This document shows positions 1 through 15,010 of a stretch of DNA of 64,000 nt, piece after piece. The notes beneath the pieces are model-generated. The model searched no databases. It was not told the DNA's origin and saw only the letters and a list, made by a program, of their open reading frames with translations. Source of the DNA: the human T2T-CHM13v2.0 reference genome, Homo sapiens; assembly GCF_009914755.1 (NCBI RefSeq), contig NC_060933.1; one strand, given 5' to 3'. Within the stretch, counting starts at the first letter, position 1, and each line of letters begins with the position of its first letter. The position numbers were made by a program, and so were the translations under genes.

Positions 1-801
1 GCTTTCCCACTGTAGAGATTCAGTGTCTCACAGAGGCTGGAAGGGCCTGGGAAGAGTCGTGCTTCTAATTCTGAACAAGGGCACCTTCCAGGTTTTTTCC
101 AGGCCTGAGATTTGGGGACCTGACAGCTGGGAAAACTGGGGCCCAGGGAAGACTATAATACTACTCCCTACTCCCCCAAAATGGTAGAGGCAGTACTGGG
201 TCTGAGCCCAGGACTTCCCTGCCTGACCTGGCCTCTCTCGCATCTTCTGCTGGGAGGAGCCACTGGGTCCACAAGGAGACCCACCTTTCCAGTTCTTTAT
301 ATTCTAGGGATTCAGTTTAGGGCCAGGCCTTCCCTCTTCCACCTTCCCAACCTCCTGGTTCCCAGAGTTGCCATGGAAACCAAAGTCCGGGAGAACAAAG
401 TCAGGCAGATGGAATTCCCATTTCGGAAGGCCCCACTGCCTGGTTTCCATTACTCACACCCTGGTTCCCTTGGCCTCCGAGCGGCTTTGGCTGTGCAGAG
501 CAGCTGGAGGGCAGACTAGAAAGGCGTCTGGGTCCCCCTGCCCTGGGCCCTGCCTGGGCTCCCTGGAGGACCTTGGGTACATTCTCTGCCCGCTTAGGCC
601 TCAGTTGCCTCATCTGTACAGTGTCATTTGGGCTGGTTCCCATTTTCTTTCACAGGAGAGGAAGGAGCAGTGCTCTCTAGTCTCTGGCAATTCCAGGCGG
701 TCAACGTGGGATCACAGAGCTGTGATGTCATTTCAACCAGCTCCTCCCCATCCCACAGATGGGAAGACTGAGGGGAGGGAAGGGAAGCAGCACTCTTCAC
801 T

Positions 802-1041
802 GTAGAGCTGAAGGGCCTTGGAGTCAGGCTCTGGGGCTCAGTCTCTGGCTCCACCATTTACTAATGGCTGCAAACCTTTGAAGAAGTCATGTACCCTCTC
901 CTTCCCTCCGCTTTCTCATCTATAAATTGTGCGCATTGGCACTTACCCCAGAGTTGCAATGACTAAGCGAGGTCGTGCATGCAACAAGTTTAGTTCAGTG
1001 CATGGCGTGGGGTAGGTGCTTCATAACCGTGAGCTGCTGTT
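802..1041 (+). mobile_element. MIR SINE
   Basis: MIR-type core (ttggagtcagg...gctttctcatctataaa) and 3' end (cagtgcatggcgtggggtaggtgcttcataa). Confidence 0.75.
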
Positions 1042-1300
1042 AGCGATCTCATTATTCAAGGTCACAGGTCACATTCTCCACTTGCCCAGGCCTGAGAAGA
1101 TGGGGGGGGCCTTTGGTCTCAGACCCCAGATCCTTGTCCTTCCAGGAACAGTTTTGCTGGAGGACAAAGCCAGCCAATTCCAGGGAGTAAGTGAGAAACA
1201 GCCTGTTCCCGTACTGCTGCCCAGTCTTGGCCCTGCTGGGAGCAGTTGGGGTCAGCTGGCAAATAGGTTGTGGTGGGTGGAGAGGCAAGAGGGCACAGCA

Positions 1301-1367
1301 GTGCCACTCAGTTGGATGCCAGCAGGAGGGGGTGCCACTCAGTTGGATGATAGCTGCCGAGGTGCCA
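1301..1367. repeat. Degenerate ~30-bp tandem repeat
   Basis: gtgccactcagttggatg at 1301-1318 and 1332-1349; a third gtgcca starts at 1362. Confidence 0.85.
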
Positions 1368-2239
1368 ACTGCAGCCAGGCTCCTGGTGGGAGAGTCAAGT
1401 CCCTCATGCTCTCGGCCTCTGCCATGTGAGTGACGTGCTCTCTTGACCTGTCTTGGGCCAGCTATGGCCTCCCAGACTCTCCAGCTTGGAAGAGACCATT
1501 GAGTCTAAACTGCTGCCCAGCACTTAGGACCCCAGAGTTTCTGCTTGATTCCTTCCATGATGGAGCTCAGGAGGGCCTGGGAGCCCCTTGGGGGTTCCAA
1601 AGTTCTCTCCATCTGAAGTCGGGTCCTGGGGCAGGGTGGGGAAGGAGGGATAGGTTAGTCCTACCCCTGCAGGTCTCCTGCCCAGGCAGCCACCTCTGGA
1701 CCCACCAGATTCTCCAGCTTCACTCCTCCCTGCTCCTCTCGCTTGCACCAAACTCTCAGCTCCCCACCCTACCTCCCTGCCTCTGCACCCCCTTGTCCCT
1801 TAACCTACTGTCCCCTCCCCAAACTCTTCCCACTGACATCCCACCCCTGAAGGCCTCTCTGCTTCACCTCCCTTCCTGCCCAAACCTCAGGCTCCTGGCG
1901 ACTCCTCCACAGCCCCACCGCTCCCTCAGAGCTCTCAGGCCCTCAAGCAATGGACCTGACAGGGGTCTCAAAGAAGCCACCTGTTGGTTGTTGTTTTGCT
2001 AACAACTGGCAACATTTGTGGAACATCTGGCTTTGCCTGTCCTCTCCCTAGCCAGGGAAGGGAGGAGGAAAGTGGTGCCCCCTTCCTTGGGTGGGAGGAG
2101 GCAGTGGGGGATTGAGGAACAGCTGTGGGACTGATCCCATCTGCCGGGTACAGAAGAGAGTGGAGGCATGGCTGGGGGTGGGGAGGGCAGTGCCAGGCGG
2201 CAGGTAGATATAGGAGCCAGGACCACGCAGAGGCACACA

Positions 2240-2400
2240 CCACGCATTCCATGCCTCATTGCCATCGATCCTCACAAAGCCCTGGGAGGAAGGGCTGAGT
2301 ATTATTTTCAGTTTACAAATGAGAAAATTAGGGTTCAGAGAAAGTGGACAGCCCATCATGGCTGAACAGGGATGGGGACCTCTATCCCTGACTTCCAGGC
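2240..2400 (-). mobile_element. MIR SINE fragment
   Basis: atcctcacaaagccctgggag...tttacaaatgagaaaattagggttcagagaa is the reverse MIR core. Confidence 0.7.
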
Positions 2401-3759
2401 AGCCTCAGCCAGGGCTTTCCAAAAGAATCCACACCTGCAGCCAGTCTGTGAGACTTAGTGGTTCAGCTGGAGTTGCAGATGGGGGCTTTTGATGCTGGTT
2501 CTCTTTGGCTTGTGGGCTTTACCTCTCCGAGCCTCTGTTGTTTTAACTATGAAATGGGAATAATAATTCCACCTCCTGGGACTCGCGTGGACTTGGCAGG
2601 TTTACGAATATGTGTGAACCCTCAGCACAAGGCCAGGCACAGAGGGAGTGTGCCCTGCGGGGCAGAGGGAGGGAGGCTGGTCCAGGAGGCACTGTCGGGC
2701 CAAGCCCCAACCAGCTGTGCAGGAGGAAGCTGCCCCCGCATCTGCTCCAAGGCAGTGACTCAATGACACGACATGGGCAGGGCCCCAAGGGGGCGGGGTT
2801 TGGGCCCTAGGTTCCACATGGGCTCAGCGGGGTCCTGCCGGCCTGCTGTTTCAAAGGCAACCAAATAGCATCTGCCTCATCAGGTAGCTGGCCTGGCAGT
2901 CAGGAGTTCTGGGCTTTGAGCTCAGATCTGTCCCAAACCTCTGTGTGACCCTGGATGAGGCCCCTCTCTGCTCTGGTCCTTGGCTTCTTCTCTTGACACA
3001 CAAGGAGAATCCAGCTTTTCCTCCTGCGTGAGGACCTTCGGAAGGGGCAGATGGTGCTCTGTGGGGGTGTGGGGGGCTGGGATCCAGGCCAAGCTGCCTC
3101 TGTACGCGGCGGGGTGTGTGTGCACGTGCGTGCGTATGCACAAGTGTATGTGAGCTGTGTATTCGAGTTGCTAGGGCTCTTTTTAGCTGCTTCCCAGGGG
3201 ACTGGAAGGCCTACTTGGATGGAGCAGTCTGTTTATCAAGGAGCTCCACAGTCTACAGGGTTCATGCCCCTGGGGACACTGCCCTCTGTGTCCTCCAGCC
3301 AGGCTGGGGACCTGATCTGCTGGTTTTTCACAAGCTCCTGCCCTTTAGGCAAAGTCCATCCCCACTTTTTACCCCCAGCACACACAAACACAGCACCTGC
3401 TGGAGCCGCCCCTCTCAGGGGATTCAGCTCAGTTTGCTATCCCCAGGGAGATATAAAAAAGAAGGGCCTGAACAAGGCACAGCCGATGCCCGCCCCCAGA
3501 CTGGAGGGGAATACAGCCTCCAGTCTGGGAATATAAGTCCAGTTCCACTGCCGATCTGTCTGTGGCAAGTCCCTTTCCTCGCTGGGCCTCACTTTCCCCA
3601 TCTTAAAAATGGGTGGGGCGTGTTCAAAGTGCTCTCTAGGAGCCATCCGACTCTGATGCCTCAGGCTGTAGAGCTTTTCCTTCTGAGGTGCTATTGCAGC
3701 AGGAACTGGCTTGCTCTCGAGTTCTGTCCATTCCAAGGAAGGGGAGGGTGGTAACTGGG

Positions 3760-3940
3760 GGCTTGGGCTTTGGAGGCTGACAGACCTGGGCTTGAGTCCA
3801 GGTTCAGATGATTCTTTATTGCGTGACCTTCGGCAAGTCGCTTAACCTCTCTGGGCCACTGTTTCCACATTTATAAAGAGTTAAAGAGATTATAACCAGT
3901 TAATAATAGGTGTTACCTAGTACAGTTGTTGTGATCAAAT
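3760..3940 (+). mobile_element. MIR SINE
   Basis: cagacctgggcttgagtcc...gtgaccttcggcaagtcgcttaacctctctgggcc. Confidence 0.75.
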
Positions 3941-4109
3941 AAAAGCAGGGGTGAACTATTTGCATTCAGCCCTGCTGGTCTGCCTTCTGGTCCTCGAATG
4001 CACCACGCTTCCTTCCATTTGGGGCCTTTCACGTGCAGTCCTCCCTCCCTGGAACACTCTTTCCCCTGCTCCCTTAGTTAATGACGATGAGGAGGAGGAG
4101 GATGAGGAT

Positions 4110-4340
4110 GATAGCTAACATTTAATATTTTCCAGGCACTGTGCTAAGTACTTGACTGACATTTTCTTTTTTTATGCTCCCCAAAATCCTGGGAGTTAAG
4201 AGCTATTATTATTAATCACTACAGCCTAGTGCCCCGAGGCCAGGCCTGAGGACAGATTGCTCAGGGGAACTCCCAGCTCTTCCACTTAGTTGTGTAAACT
4301 CGGGCAACTTACTTCACTTTCTGGGTCTCAGTTTACCCAG
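4110..4340. mobile_element. Two MIR fragments in opposite orientations
   Basis: ccaggcactgtgctaagtactt (minus) followed by gggcaacttacttcacttttctgggtctcagttt (plus). Confidence 0.6.
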
Positions 4341-4424
4341 TACTCAGTATCAGGCTGGGCTTGCTCTGAAGCCTGTGCTCTTGAGTAGTAGGCTGTATTC
4401 CTCCCCCCCTTCTCCAGAGCTTGG

Positions 4425-4703
4425 TTTAGATGTCACTGCCTCAGGGAAGCCTTCCCTGATAACCCTGACTATAAGAGGGCCCCTGCTGACTGCTCCCAAA
4501 GCCTCCTGCTCCTCCTCTTTCATGGCTCTTGTCACAGGTTGTAATTACACACACGCATATGTTCATTCATCGCTGTCTCTTCCTTTCAAGCTTAAGCCCC
4601 TTGGGGCAGGAACCCTGTCCGTCTTCTCACTGTATCCCCAGGCTTATCAATCACAGTGCCTGGCGCATGGTAGGTGCTTAATAAATACTTATTTATTGGA
4701 TAA
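4425..4703 (+). mobile_element. L2 LINE 3' end
   Basis: atgtcactgcctcagggaagccttccctga ... cacagtgcctggcgcatggtaggtgcttaataaatactt. Confidence 0.75.
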
Positions 4704-4789
4704 AAGGCCATATATTGCTTAGCATGGTGGGTTGCACAGGACAAGCCCATGAACAAAAAGTCTGGATAAGAAGCCACTGCATGAGTAAA

Positions 4790-5572
4790 GATTGAGTTCT
4801 GTTGTAAGTGACAAAAACACAAGGTAGAAGTTTCTCTCTCTCCCATAAAGGAAACTCAGATAGAAGCAGCCTAGTGCTGGCATGGCCTTTTCGTGATCAT
4901 CAGGAACCCTGATTTTGTCTGTTACTTTGCCGTCCTCAAAATGTAGCTTCCACTTCCTGTCCAAGATGGCTGCTTGAGCTCCAGCCATCACGCAAGGCTG
5001 GAGGCCAAGAAAGAGGGGGTAAAAGGTAAATTGCAGTTATGTCTTAGAGAAGGTGCTCAGAAACTGTCACATGACACTTTCCCTTACACCCCATTGGCCA
5101 GAACTGAGCACATGGCCACACTTGTTTAGAAGGAGGCTGGGAGCAGTGGCTCACACCTGTAATCCCAACACTTTGGGAGGCCGAGGTGGGAGGATCACCT
5201 GAGGCCAGGAGTTTGAGGCCAGCCTCACTAGGAGCCTCACTATGGATAACATAGTGAGACCTTGTCTCTACAAAAAATAAAAAACTCAGCCAGGCATGGT
5301 AGTGAACTCAGGAGGTTGAGACGGGAGAAACCCTTGAGCCCAGGAGTTCAAGACTGCAGTGAGCTATGATGGTGCCACTGCACTCAAGCCTGGGTGACAT
5401 AGTGAGACCCTGTCTCTGAAAATAAATAAGTAAATAAATGAGAAGAGGGAAAGCTGAGAAATGTAGTGTTAATCTAGACAGCCATGTGACCAGATAAAAA
5501 TCAGAGGTTCTGTTACTCTGGGGTAATACAAAGGCTGAGCAGATGTTGGGGACGACTAGCTGTCTCCGCCAC
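4790..5572 (-). mobile_element. MLT1 (MaLR LTR, MLT1J-like), interrupted by an AluJ
   Basis: caagatggctgc...tccagccatcac...ccattggccagaact...catggccaca; resumes after the Alu with gctgagaaatgtagtg. Confidence 0.65.
5135..5439 (+). mobile_element. AluJ with a small insertion and a right-arm deletion
   Basis: Alu dimer with J-type gggaggatc and gcagtgagctatgat; A-rich tail. Confidence 0.9.
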
Positions 5573-5683
5573 TGTCATCAATGACAGACATCCATTCTCG
5601 TAAGGCTATGGAGAGGAAGTGGGGCAAGTGGGCATGTGTCAGTTAACTATTGATACAACAGTGCTGCAAAACAAACCACCCCA

Positions 5684-5993
5684 GGCCGGGCGCAGTGGCT
5701 CACGCCTGTAATCCCAACACTTTGGGAGGCCGAGGAGGGGGCGGATCACTAGAAGTCAGGAGTTAAACACCAGCCTGGCCAACATGGTGAAACCCTGTCT
5801 CTACTAAAATATAAAAATTAGCCAGGTGTGGTGGCACACGCCTGTAATCCCAGCTACTTGGGAGGCTGAGGCTTGAACCCAGGAGGTGGAGGTTGCAGTG
5901 AGCCAAGATTGCGCCACTGCACTCCAGCCTGGGCGACAAAGCAAGATTTCATCTCAAAAATAAGTAAATAAGATAAATAAATAAATAAATAAA
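5684..5993 (+). mobile_element. AluS inserted in an old MLT1-like LTR fragment (~5635-6085)
   Basis: Full Alu with (TAAA)n tail; TSD aaaccacccca / aacccacccca; about 10 bp deleted at gaggc|ttgaacc. Confidence 0.92.
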
Positions 5994-6199
5994 ACCCACC
6001 CCAAAATACACTGGCCTCAAATAACAATAACTTATTCTCTCTTACGCTTCTGTAGTCAACCGACCTAGGAAGAGCTGGGTGGGACATGACCCCTCCCTGT
6101 GGGCTGGGCTCAGAACTACTCACTGTAACTTTTCCTGGAGGCAGAAGGGTCAGGGTCTACCTGGGGAAAGTTCTCACTGCAGTGAAAGCACGTGTGTGT

Positions 6200-8040
<1,841 letters not shown>

Positions 8041-8053
8041 AAAAACAGCTTTA

Positions 8054-8352
<299 letters not shown>

Positions 8353-9047
8353 CCAGCTTTATTGAGGTATAAGCACATATGGGACAATTCACCTCTTTCA
8401 AGGTTACAATTCAGTGGTTTTTAGCCTATTCTCAGAGTTGTACAATCATTATCACAATCAATTTTAGAACATTTTCATCAGCCCATAAAACAACACGATA
8501 CCTATTAGCAGTCACTGCCTCCCATATACCTCACCCTCCCAGCCCTGGACTACCACTAATCTACTTTCTGCCTCCACAGATTTGCCTGTTGTAGACCTTT
8601 CATGTAAATGGAATCACACGATATGTGGTCCTTTGCAAATGGCTTCTTTCACTTAGCATAATGTTTTCAAGGTTCACCGTGTTGTGGCGTGTATCGGTAC
8701 TTAGTTTCTTTTTATTGCCTAATAATATTCTGTTGTGTATACCACATTTTATATACCACAGAATAGACCACATTTTATTTATCCATTCATCAGTTGATGG
8801 ACATTCGGGTCATTTCTACTTTTTGTCGATTATGAATAATGTTGCTATGAATAGGCATGTACCAAGTTCTTTGGGGGACACACGTTTCCAATTTTCTTGG
8901 GTATTTACCTAGATGTACAGCTGCTGAGACATAAACAAGCTCTATGTGTAACTTTTTGAGGAAATGCCAAACTTTGCCATTTACATGTCTACCAGCAGGG
9001 TGTGAGGAGTCTGATTTCTACACATCTTCACCAACACTTACTATGAT

Positions 9048-9868
<821 letters not shown>

Positions 9869-10371
9869 TCAGGCAGAGTGAGTCTTCCCATTTTATTCTT
9901 TTTTTTTTTTTTTTGTAAAGTCTTGCCAGGCATTCAGGGTCCTTCTGGAGTGAGCCTGGGCCTCCCCTTGAAGACACCCCCTCCTGCTCTGCCAAATAGC
10001 CCTCCTGCAGCCTCTCATTATCACACCTAGCCTCCTCCTCATCCCTTGCTTCTGCTGTCGCTGCCACCTGGGATACCTTCACTGTCTCTGTTTGCCTCGC
10101 CAATTCCAGCCTGTTCTTCCAGCCTGTTCTCCCAATCCTTGGCAGGCTGAGACCCGCCCCACCTCTGAACCCTGAACTCCCTCTGAAAATCTGTGCCAAG
10201 GCTCTGTCCCTGGGAGAATCGTAGCAGCTCTTGAATTTTCCATTAAATATTTTGCGGGTGTGAGTTTGGGCTCTCCAGTCAGGGTGATCTGGCAGTTGGC
10301 CAAGCTGGCCTTCACCCAGAGTAGTGACCAGGAAGATCGCGGGCACCTCTTGACCCCCAGACTGAGAGAAG

Positions 10372-10458
10372 CAGCTGGACCCAAACACCCGGTGGGGCTA
10401 TTTTTAGTTGCTGGTTCCCGGCAGGCCTGGCCTGGTTTGAGCCTGGATGGAGAACAAT
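10372..10458. promoter_or_regulatory. Candidate MEF2 + E-box + SOX motif cluster
   Basis: CAGCTG 10372-10377, CTATTTTTAG 10398-10407 and AACAAT 10453-10458 in non-repeat DNA; motif evidence only. Confidence 0.3.
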
Positions 10459-10719
10459 GAGCCATTGAACCTTATCGAGTCCCTGGGCCCTGTAAGGCCA
10501 GGAGAAGGGTAAATGATAGAGCGAGTGGGGGCAGTGCTCAGAGGTGGACAGAGGTTGCCTGGCCACCTCCCCCATGCCGACCGGCAGGAAAAGCTTCTAC
10601 CCAAGCTCTTTGTTAGACTTCCCGTGGGGCCAGGTGCGGAGCCGGCAAGTATTTTGGGAATGCTGTGTTTGTTAGCAGCGGCGGCAGCCTTTCCAACATT
10701 TCTTGAGCCCGTCTCGTGG

Positions 10720-10870
10720 GTCAGACACGGTGCTGAGCACTGCGTGTCCTCTCATATTTATCAGCCTCATTGTTCACATGTGGAAACTGAGGCCCAGTTC
10801 AAAGAGGCCAGGAACCTGCTCACACACAGCAAATAAGAGGAGGAGTCGGGATTCAAACCCAGGCCCTCTC
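10720..10870 (-). mobile_element. MIR fragment
   Basis: catgtggaaactgaggcccag...gggattcaaacccagg. Confidence 0.65.
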
Positions 10871-11346
10871 TGTCTCCTTCCAGAGTGTGGACACTGCAGA
10901 GCCACCCAAACCAGCCTGCCACCTCTCAGGCCCCCCCGGGACTGGTGGGCTTCAGTCTCTCCTCTTTAACAACTCTGACTCCATGAATGACCTCAGGCAA
11001 GTCACTTGTCTTCCCTGGCCTTGGTTTACTCATTGGTAAAATGTGGGGGAGCCTTTCATTCAGGGCGGTATGGGATGGTGCTTCACAGCTGGGGAGGGGA
11101 CCAGCATGGTCTGGCCTCCACCTTCCCTCGTCTGGTGATTTAAAAAGCCCACGAAGCACAGTTCTGTTCATTGCAGACACAAAAGGTCTTCACCCAGGAA
11201 ACACATTCTGGGCGTAGTGGCTTCTAGGCCCTGAGGGATGGAGGCATCCGATCTGCCCAGTGGAATTGGGGAATTCAGGAATTCACAGTCTGGAAGGGAA
11301 GACAGGCTCATTGACAGCACAATGAGCAAGATGCATGAGAAACATC

Positions 11347-11729
11347 TACATGAGTCTGCTACGGTGGTCAAAACACAGTCCCAAGCCTGGTGGTGCCTTA
11401 AGCAGCAGTAGTCTATTTCCTCACAGTTCTGGAGGCTGGAAGTCCAGGATCCAGGTGTGGCAGGGTTGGTTTCTTCTGAGGCTGCTCTCTTTGGCTTGTC
11501 GTTGGCCATCTTCTCCCTGTGCCTTCATGGGTCTTCCCTTGCACCCTTCTGTGTCCTCATCTCCTCTTCTTATAAGGACATCAGTCACATTGGCTTAGGA
11601 AGACAGTCATTCCCACTCTATTGACCTCACACTAACTTAATGACCTCTGTAAATACAGTGACATTCTCCAGGACTGGGAGTTAGGACTTCAACATTGGAA
11701 ATGTGGGAGACACCTTTCATTCCATAGCA
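11347..11729 (-). mobile_element. MLT1A-like MaLR solo LTR
   Basis: ctcacagttctggaggctggaagtcc...tcttcttataaggacatcagtcacattgg...ttaggacttcaaca...ttccatagca. Confidence 0.85.
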
Positions 11730-12279
11730 ATGGCGATTTAAAATGACTGACAGTAGTCACTTTTGCATATTGGCAGATAGTAAATCCTGTCAGGTGAGGC
11801 CCCTCCTGGGATCCCCAAGGAGCGGAAGTTCTGAATAGCTTTGGCATTAGAAATGAGAAGGGTGAGGGGACCTGAGAAGGGAGAAGGAGTTTCCAGAACA
11901 CTCTGAGAGGTTAGGTTTCCTGACTCCCAGCTTGTGAGAGATTCTCTGTGAGGAAAGATGGTTGACAAATTCCTAAGAAGCATCATGTCTGACCCTGAAT
12001 GTCAAGTTTTTTGGTGGCCAGCATTGGAATTGCTGTTATCCAAGTTAACTCAGCATTGCAAGGCCCTTGGGATAAGGTGGGGGTTGGGGTGTCTCCAGAA
12101 TGGAGCCCAGCAGGCTGCTGGGCAGAGGACAGCTGCAGGTGCTGAGAGCAAGCAGGACTGGCAGGTGGACATCCACATTTATAGGAACTTGGAGAGGACA
12201 CACTGGGATGGTGGGTGGGGAGTAGTGCTATTTCATCCTGATAGGTCAGGAGTGACAGGAGGATTTGGGGACACCACGC

Positions 12280-12650
12280 AGCTCCCCCTGGGAATAAGGT
12301 ACCTATACTGGCCTGGAGGGGTGGGCATCAGGGAAGGCTTCCTGGAAGAGGTAAAGACCAAGGTGGATCTGGACATGTGTCATAGATTGCTAGAGAAGGG
12401 CAGTGGCATTCTGAGCAAGAGACCCTGTGAGGCAGAAGCCTGGAGGTTCTGCAGACTCCGGATCGCATCTTCCTGTGGGCCAGACCCCAAACTAAGCTCT
12501 TCCCATGGTGACGAAAGCAGGCGGCCATGTGAGAGCTGGGAGCTGGCTGTGGCTTGGGTGTGGGGTGCAGGCGAGACTACAGGGGAAGCTGGCCTCACCA
12601 AGAGGGGCCTGGAATGCCCAGCTGCAGACTAGGACTTCATGCTAAATGCA
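12280..12650 (-). mobile_element. L2 fragment
   Basis: catcagggaaggcttcctggaagaggt...ggcctggaatgcc...ggacttcat. Confidence 0.55.
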
Positions 12651-13139
12651 ACAGTGCCCTGCAGGTGTGTGTGTGGTGTGGCATGTGTGTAAATATGTAT
12701 GGGTATCATCCATTTATCTGATATGATACATATGGTGTATATGTTGTGTTACGTGTGGGGAGCCTGGCAGCTTTGAGCAGGGGAGAGCCGAGCGAGATGA
12801 CTTGAGAGAGGGAGGGCCTGATGGTATTTGATGAGTCCCCAGTGCCCAGCGCGGGGTAGACACGGAGTGGTGAGCAGGACTATGGCATTTGATGTGGTCA
12901 GCTGATAGGTCAGGTAGGGCTACTCAGGGCCTGGCGGTTGGTGTGGATGCCAGGTGACATGTTGACCAGTGGCCCTCCAGTTTCTGGAAGGACTTGGTGG
13001 TGACTTTCCAAGAATCACTGTTTCTCCCCTGCAGCTTCTGCTGGGGTCAGGAGGGGAACCTTTGGACCAGTCAAGTCCAATTTATAACCCGTGGCTGATC
13101 AGAGTAGCTGAAGACTGGAACAGGACACACGTGGATTGA

Positions 13140-13315
13140 ATACCTCCCTTGTGCCAGGCCTGTGCCAAGGACTTCATGCACCGGCACATGTTCCTCCCAA
13201 CCATCCCAGGGGGGAATGGGTGGCAGCCCCATTATACAGAGGAGGAAACTGAGGCTCAGGGAGGGAGAAGGATTTATCCAAGGCCAAAGGACTGGGGAAG
13301 CATTGAATCCGGGCT
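13140..13315 (-). mobile_element. MIR fragment
   Basis: tgtgccaggcc...cccattatacagaggaggaaactgaggctcag. Confidence 0.7.
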
Positions 13316-14132
13316 TTTTTTTTTTTTTTTAAAGCCCATCTTCCAAGAAACTCCCCTGGGCCCTATCTGGGCTGCCTCGGTTTCCAAGAAATTGGAGGGT
13401 GACCCTGTAGCAGCCCTTCCTGCCTGGGGACAGAAGGGGCTTTGTGAGGAAGAGGGTGCCTGGCCTGGCCGAGCTGCCTGGGAAAGGTGGAGAGTTGGGC
13501 AGGGCAAAGGCCCACGACCCTGGCGTGCCCACTTGCCTCCTGGCTCTGACTCTGGGCAGGGCCTGTGTCTCTGCAGACAGGAAAGAACAGGCACTGCCCC
13601 TTGGTGGAGCTAAACCCCTGGACCCTGGAAGCTGCCGCCAACTTCCCTACCTGATCCCCAAAGCCAGGAAGTTACCCTCTTAGCTCAGGGGCGTACCTTT
13701 ACCTCTGTCTCCCATCTGAGCCTGTTTCCTTTGATACAGTAGGGCAATGATACTCCCTTGATGGGTGAGTGCAAGAGGGAAATAAGGCTGCGTTTGCAGA
13801 GAGCTCAGGCCCCCGAGAGCCAGCTCCAGGTGCAGTTGCTGGGCTGTAATGATGTCTCTGGGCGTGTTGTGGTTTTCGTTGTCACAGACTTACCACTTCT
13901 CTGCAGGCTGGCTCATTGGTACTGAATGGCCTTAAATTCCAGGTTGACCATGAGGAGGAGGAAGGGTGTGGGCTCTGATTCCTGTCCTGTCGGTGATGCT
14001 GGGCCAAGTGCTTCTCTGCACTTCGGCTTTGCGGCCTGCAGCTGTTTGGGCTGGAGGATTTTAAAACTGGGTGCCACCAGAGGCAAAGACTGATCTGACA
14101 TCAGGGGCAGGGGCTGGTGGGGAGCAAGTTCA

Positions 14133-14310
<178 letters not shown>

Positions 14311-14499
14311 GGGCTCTTTTCCTCCATCTACCTTCTCTCCCCATGGTGCTTTGCTCAACAGATTGGCCTGGAGCATCTCTAAAAGGTGCCACTTTGAAAA
14401 GTGTGCTTGGGGGAAGCAGGGACACTCTCCCCTACACAACCCCCTCCCCCAGTTCCAGACGTGCCTCTGGCTGGTACCAAGAATGGCCTCTGATTACAG

Positions 14500-15010
14500 C
14501 ATCCACACACGCCCACATCAGACACACAACACACATTAGAGACACGCAGCCTGTGTCAGACACACAGCACACATAGCACATATGCTACACAACACACATC
14601 AGACACAACACATACATACAGCATACATCAAACACACAACACACACAACATACATTGACACACACAACACACATAGGCACAGCACACATCACACATAAAG
14701 CATGCATCAAACACACAGCGTGTATCATACAGACACAACACACACAGCACATTTCAAACACATACGACACACATATACACCCCATCTTATATGAAACATA
14801 CGTCAAACACATGCACCACACACATACACAACACAAATTATACTACAAATACACACAGTACACATAGAAACACAACACACAACCACATAACACAACACAT
14901 ACATCATATATGTTATACAAATAGGGGACATACACATACCTCACTCACAGATTTATACACATATCACACCACACACACACACACCAAACACACACACACA
15001 CAAACATACC
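14500..15010. repeat. Degenerate (CA)-rich low-complexity tract
   Basis: About 500 bp of imperfect CA/CACAA/CATA units. Confidence 0.9.

Noticed and set aside
1301-1367. CRISPR-like repeat-spacer pattern
   Set aside because: Only two full 18-bp repeats with 13-bp spacers, in human DNA with no cas genes.
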